Assembly (NCBI GenBank): GCA_964480435.1
Contig: CAYZSS010000012.1
Coordinates: 1 to 16,026 of the forward strand
DNA: 16,026 nt
Direction: 5' to 3'
DNA from: an uncultured archaeon
GTDB lineage: Archaea; Iainarchaeota; Iainarchaeia; Iainarchaeales; 0-14-0-20-30-16
The position numbers and the translations under genes are program-made. The notes beneath the pieces are model-generated. The model saw nothing but the letters and a program-made list of their open reading frames with translations. It made no database searches and was not told where the DNA came from. Positions 14,831 to 16,026 of the stretch are shown piece after piece; the stretch's first letter is position 1, and each line of letters begins with the position of its first letter.

Positions 14831-15445
14831 TTATCCAAATATTAATTTATAATATAGGTTAAATAAATTAATTTTTTTATCATTATAAATTACGGCAATA
14901 TTTTTATTAAATTGTCCGTGTTTAAATTTGATTAATTCAACAGTGTTTGCATTTTTTAAACTGTATCCAAATTTACAACCATATAAGTATAGACCTCCTA
15001 TTTTTTCCAAAATATCAGATTTAGAAAAAATATTAGTAACAGATAATTTTGTTGTTTGCATTTTATTATTTGGTGTTGCAATCAAAACAATGTTTTTAAT
15101 ATTTTTAAGTTTTTCCAGTTCTGCAAAGTTTTCAATTAATAAAGTGCCACCAAAACTTTTTGCAATAATATACACAGAGTCATATTTTTTGTATTTCTTA
15201 ATTATATTTAATAATTTCTTTGATGCAGGCAAAAGATCTTTCTTATAATTTATCCGACCAGGCCAATCAAATAATACCGTGTCAATATTTGAGCTTTTAT
15301 TTTCGAAAAAGGTCATTAAACTCAACATCCAACCATCATCTGATTCTTTTGTCCCAAACAAAGGCAAAAACCAAGAAATAAGTTTACTACAAGCATAATT
15401 CTTTGATTTTGCACCAGGAACAAACAAAACAAGCTCTTTCACCAT
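14831..15445 (-). CDS. Alpha/beta-hydrolase-fold-like protein (~204 aa from the internal ATG)
   Basis: Starts MVKELVLFVPG, with a nucleophile-elbow-like YIIAKSFGG (A-x-S-x-G) and IVLIATP. I prefer the ATG at 15445 to the track start at 15502. The longer form overlaps the trm1 start, adds a Cys-rich non-homologous-looking extension (MHSKYCCRYHFICICIKLS), and 15445 has a TATA-like ATTTTATTT about 25 nt upstream. Confidence 0.5.
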   Translation of the reverse strand: MVKELVLFVPGAKSKNYACSKLISWFLPLFGTKESDDGWMLSLMTFFENKSSNIDTVLFDWPGRINYKKDLLPASKKLLNIIKKYKKYDSVYIIAKSFGGTLLIENFAELEKLKNIKNIVLIATPNNKMQTTKLSVTNIFSKSDILEKIGGLYLYGCKFGYSLKNANTVELIKFKHGQFNKNIAVIYNDKKINLFNLYYKLIFG

Positions 15446-15472
15446 ACTTAATTTAATGCAGATACAAATAAA

Positions 15473-16026
15473 ATGATACCGACAACAATATTTGCTATGC
15501 AAGCATATTCTGAAAAGTACAAATCTGAAATCAAAGTAGAATACGAAGATTCTAAATTATCAAAAGGAATGGAAGTATTTCTAAACCAGAATATGTACTT
15601 TAATAGATTAACTAATTTTCTAATTGCTCAAAAAGAAAAACCAAAAAAAGCAGTAGACCTAATGTGCGCATCAGGAATTCTTTCCATTGCCCTTCAAAAA
15701 GATTTGGGAATTAAAACAATTGCAAATGATTTGAACCCTAGGGCATTAAGATCAGTTGAAAAAAATGCAAGGCTGAATGATGTAAAAATAACAACCACAA
15801 GACACAGCGCAGACGAATACCCATTAAAAACAGAAGATTTTTTTATTATTGACCTTTTTGGAAGCCCTGCAAAAACAATAGAGCACGTTATTAAGAATTG
15901 TAAATTAAATTCAATTATTTGTTCTACTGCCACGGATATTGCTGTGCTTGGTGGAAAGTATCCGCAAAAATCCTTATCCATGTATGGTTCAGAGATAAAG
16001 TTAAATGGATTTGCTGATGAAATGAG
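15473..16026 (+). CDS. trm1: tRNA (guanine26-N2)-dimethyltransferase Trm1, 5' part (runs off the right edge)
   Basis: Translation: ...VFLNQNMYFNRLTNFLI...AVDLMCASGILSIALQKDLGIKTIANDLNPRALRSVEKNARLND...FIIDLFGSPAKT...ICSTATDIAVLGG. This matches the Trm1 family signatures (VFYNP-x-x-x-FNRD, SAM-binding A-x-SG-IR, ND-x-N, D-P-FGSP, TATD-x-A-x-L-x-G). There is no stop in the window, so it is not in the ORF track. An alternative in-frame start is at 15497. Confidence 0.8.
   Translation, partial: MIPTTIFAMQAYSEKYKSEIKVEYEDSKLSKGMEVFLNQNMYFNRLTNFLIAQKEKPKKAVDLMCASGILSIALQKDLGIKTIANDLNPRALRSVEKNARLNDVKITTTRHSADEYPLKTEDFFIIDLFGSPAKTIEHVIKNCKLNSIICSTATDIAVLGGKYPQKSLSMYGSEIKLNGFADEM

Noticed and set aside
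15446-15502. 19-codon 5' extension of the hydrolase-like ORF (MHSKYCCRYHFICICIKLS)
   Set aside because: It overlaps the trm1 start and the promoter region. It looks like translated intergenic A/T-rich sequence, and the internal ATG at 15445 has correct TATA spacing.
14928-15981. ORFs 14928..15248 (+) and 15694..15981 (-)
   Set aside because: They are antisense shadows of the hydrolase-like CDS and of trm1 respectively.
1-16026. CRISPR arrays, toxin-antitoxin pairs, restriction-modification systems or other known defence or mobile modules
   Set aside because: I found no regularly spaced direct repeats, no small paired ORFs with the appropriate motifs, and no nuclease, methylase or ATPase signatures in any of the translated ORFs.

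Overview
AT-rich window (about one-third GC by eye; the tRNA is the only GC-rich island). It looks most like a small-genome archaeon, possibly DPANN-like. The evidence is a Trm1-type tRNA methyltransferase, a tRNA with no encoded CCA, TATA-like boxes centred about 25 nt upstream of start codons that lack a Shine-Dalgarno (SD) site, and GGTGA/GTGAT SD motifs only on internal genes. This taxonomic call is an inference.

About 12.7 kb of the 16 kb is one minus-strand locus:
- A 483-aa secreted protein with a class III (type IV pilin-like) signal peptide (12671..11220).
- A roughly 2406-aa N-terminally membrane-anchored protein built from repeated beta-sandwich modules (11097..3877).
- A second, collinear paralogous giant gene that starts at 3743 and runs off the left edge. 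It is absent from the ORF track because it has no stop in the window.

The two giants share a near-identical N-terminal motif plus TM helix. They are separated by a hairpin/oligo-T terminator, a duplicated 17-nt SD+ATG cassette and a 13-codon mini-ORF.

The right third carries:
- A tRNA-Ile with the rare UAU anticodon, flanked by palindromes.
- A two-gene operon: a protein with a PEP-utilizer phosphohistidine swivel domain, then a histidine-phosphatase-family protein.
- A convergent alpha/beta-hydrolase-like gene.
- The 5' part of trm1.

I saw no CRISPR array, transposase, integrase or recognisable defence enzyme. The candidate novel system is the pilin-like plus twin giant surface-protein module. 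Its function (attachment or envelope) is inferred, not demonstrated.
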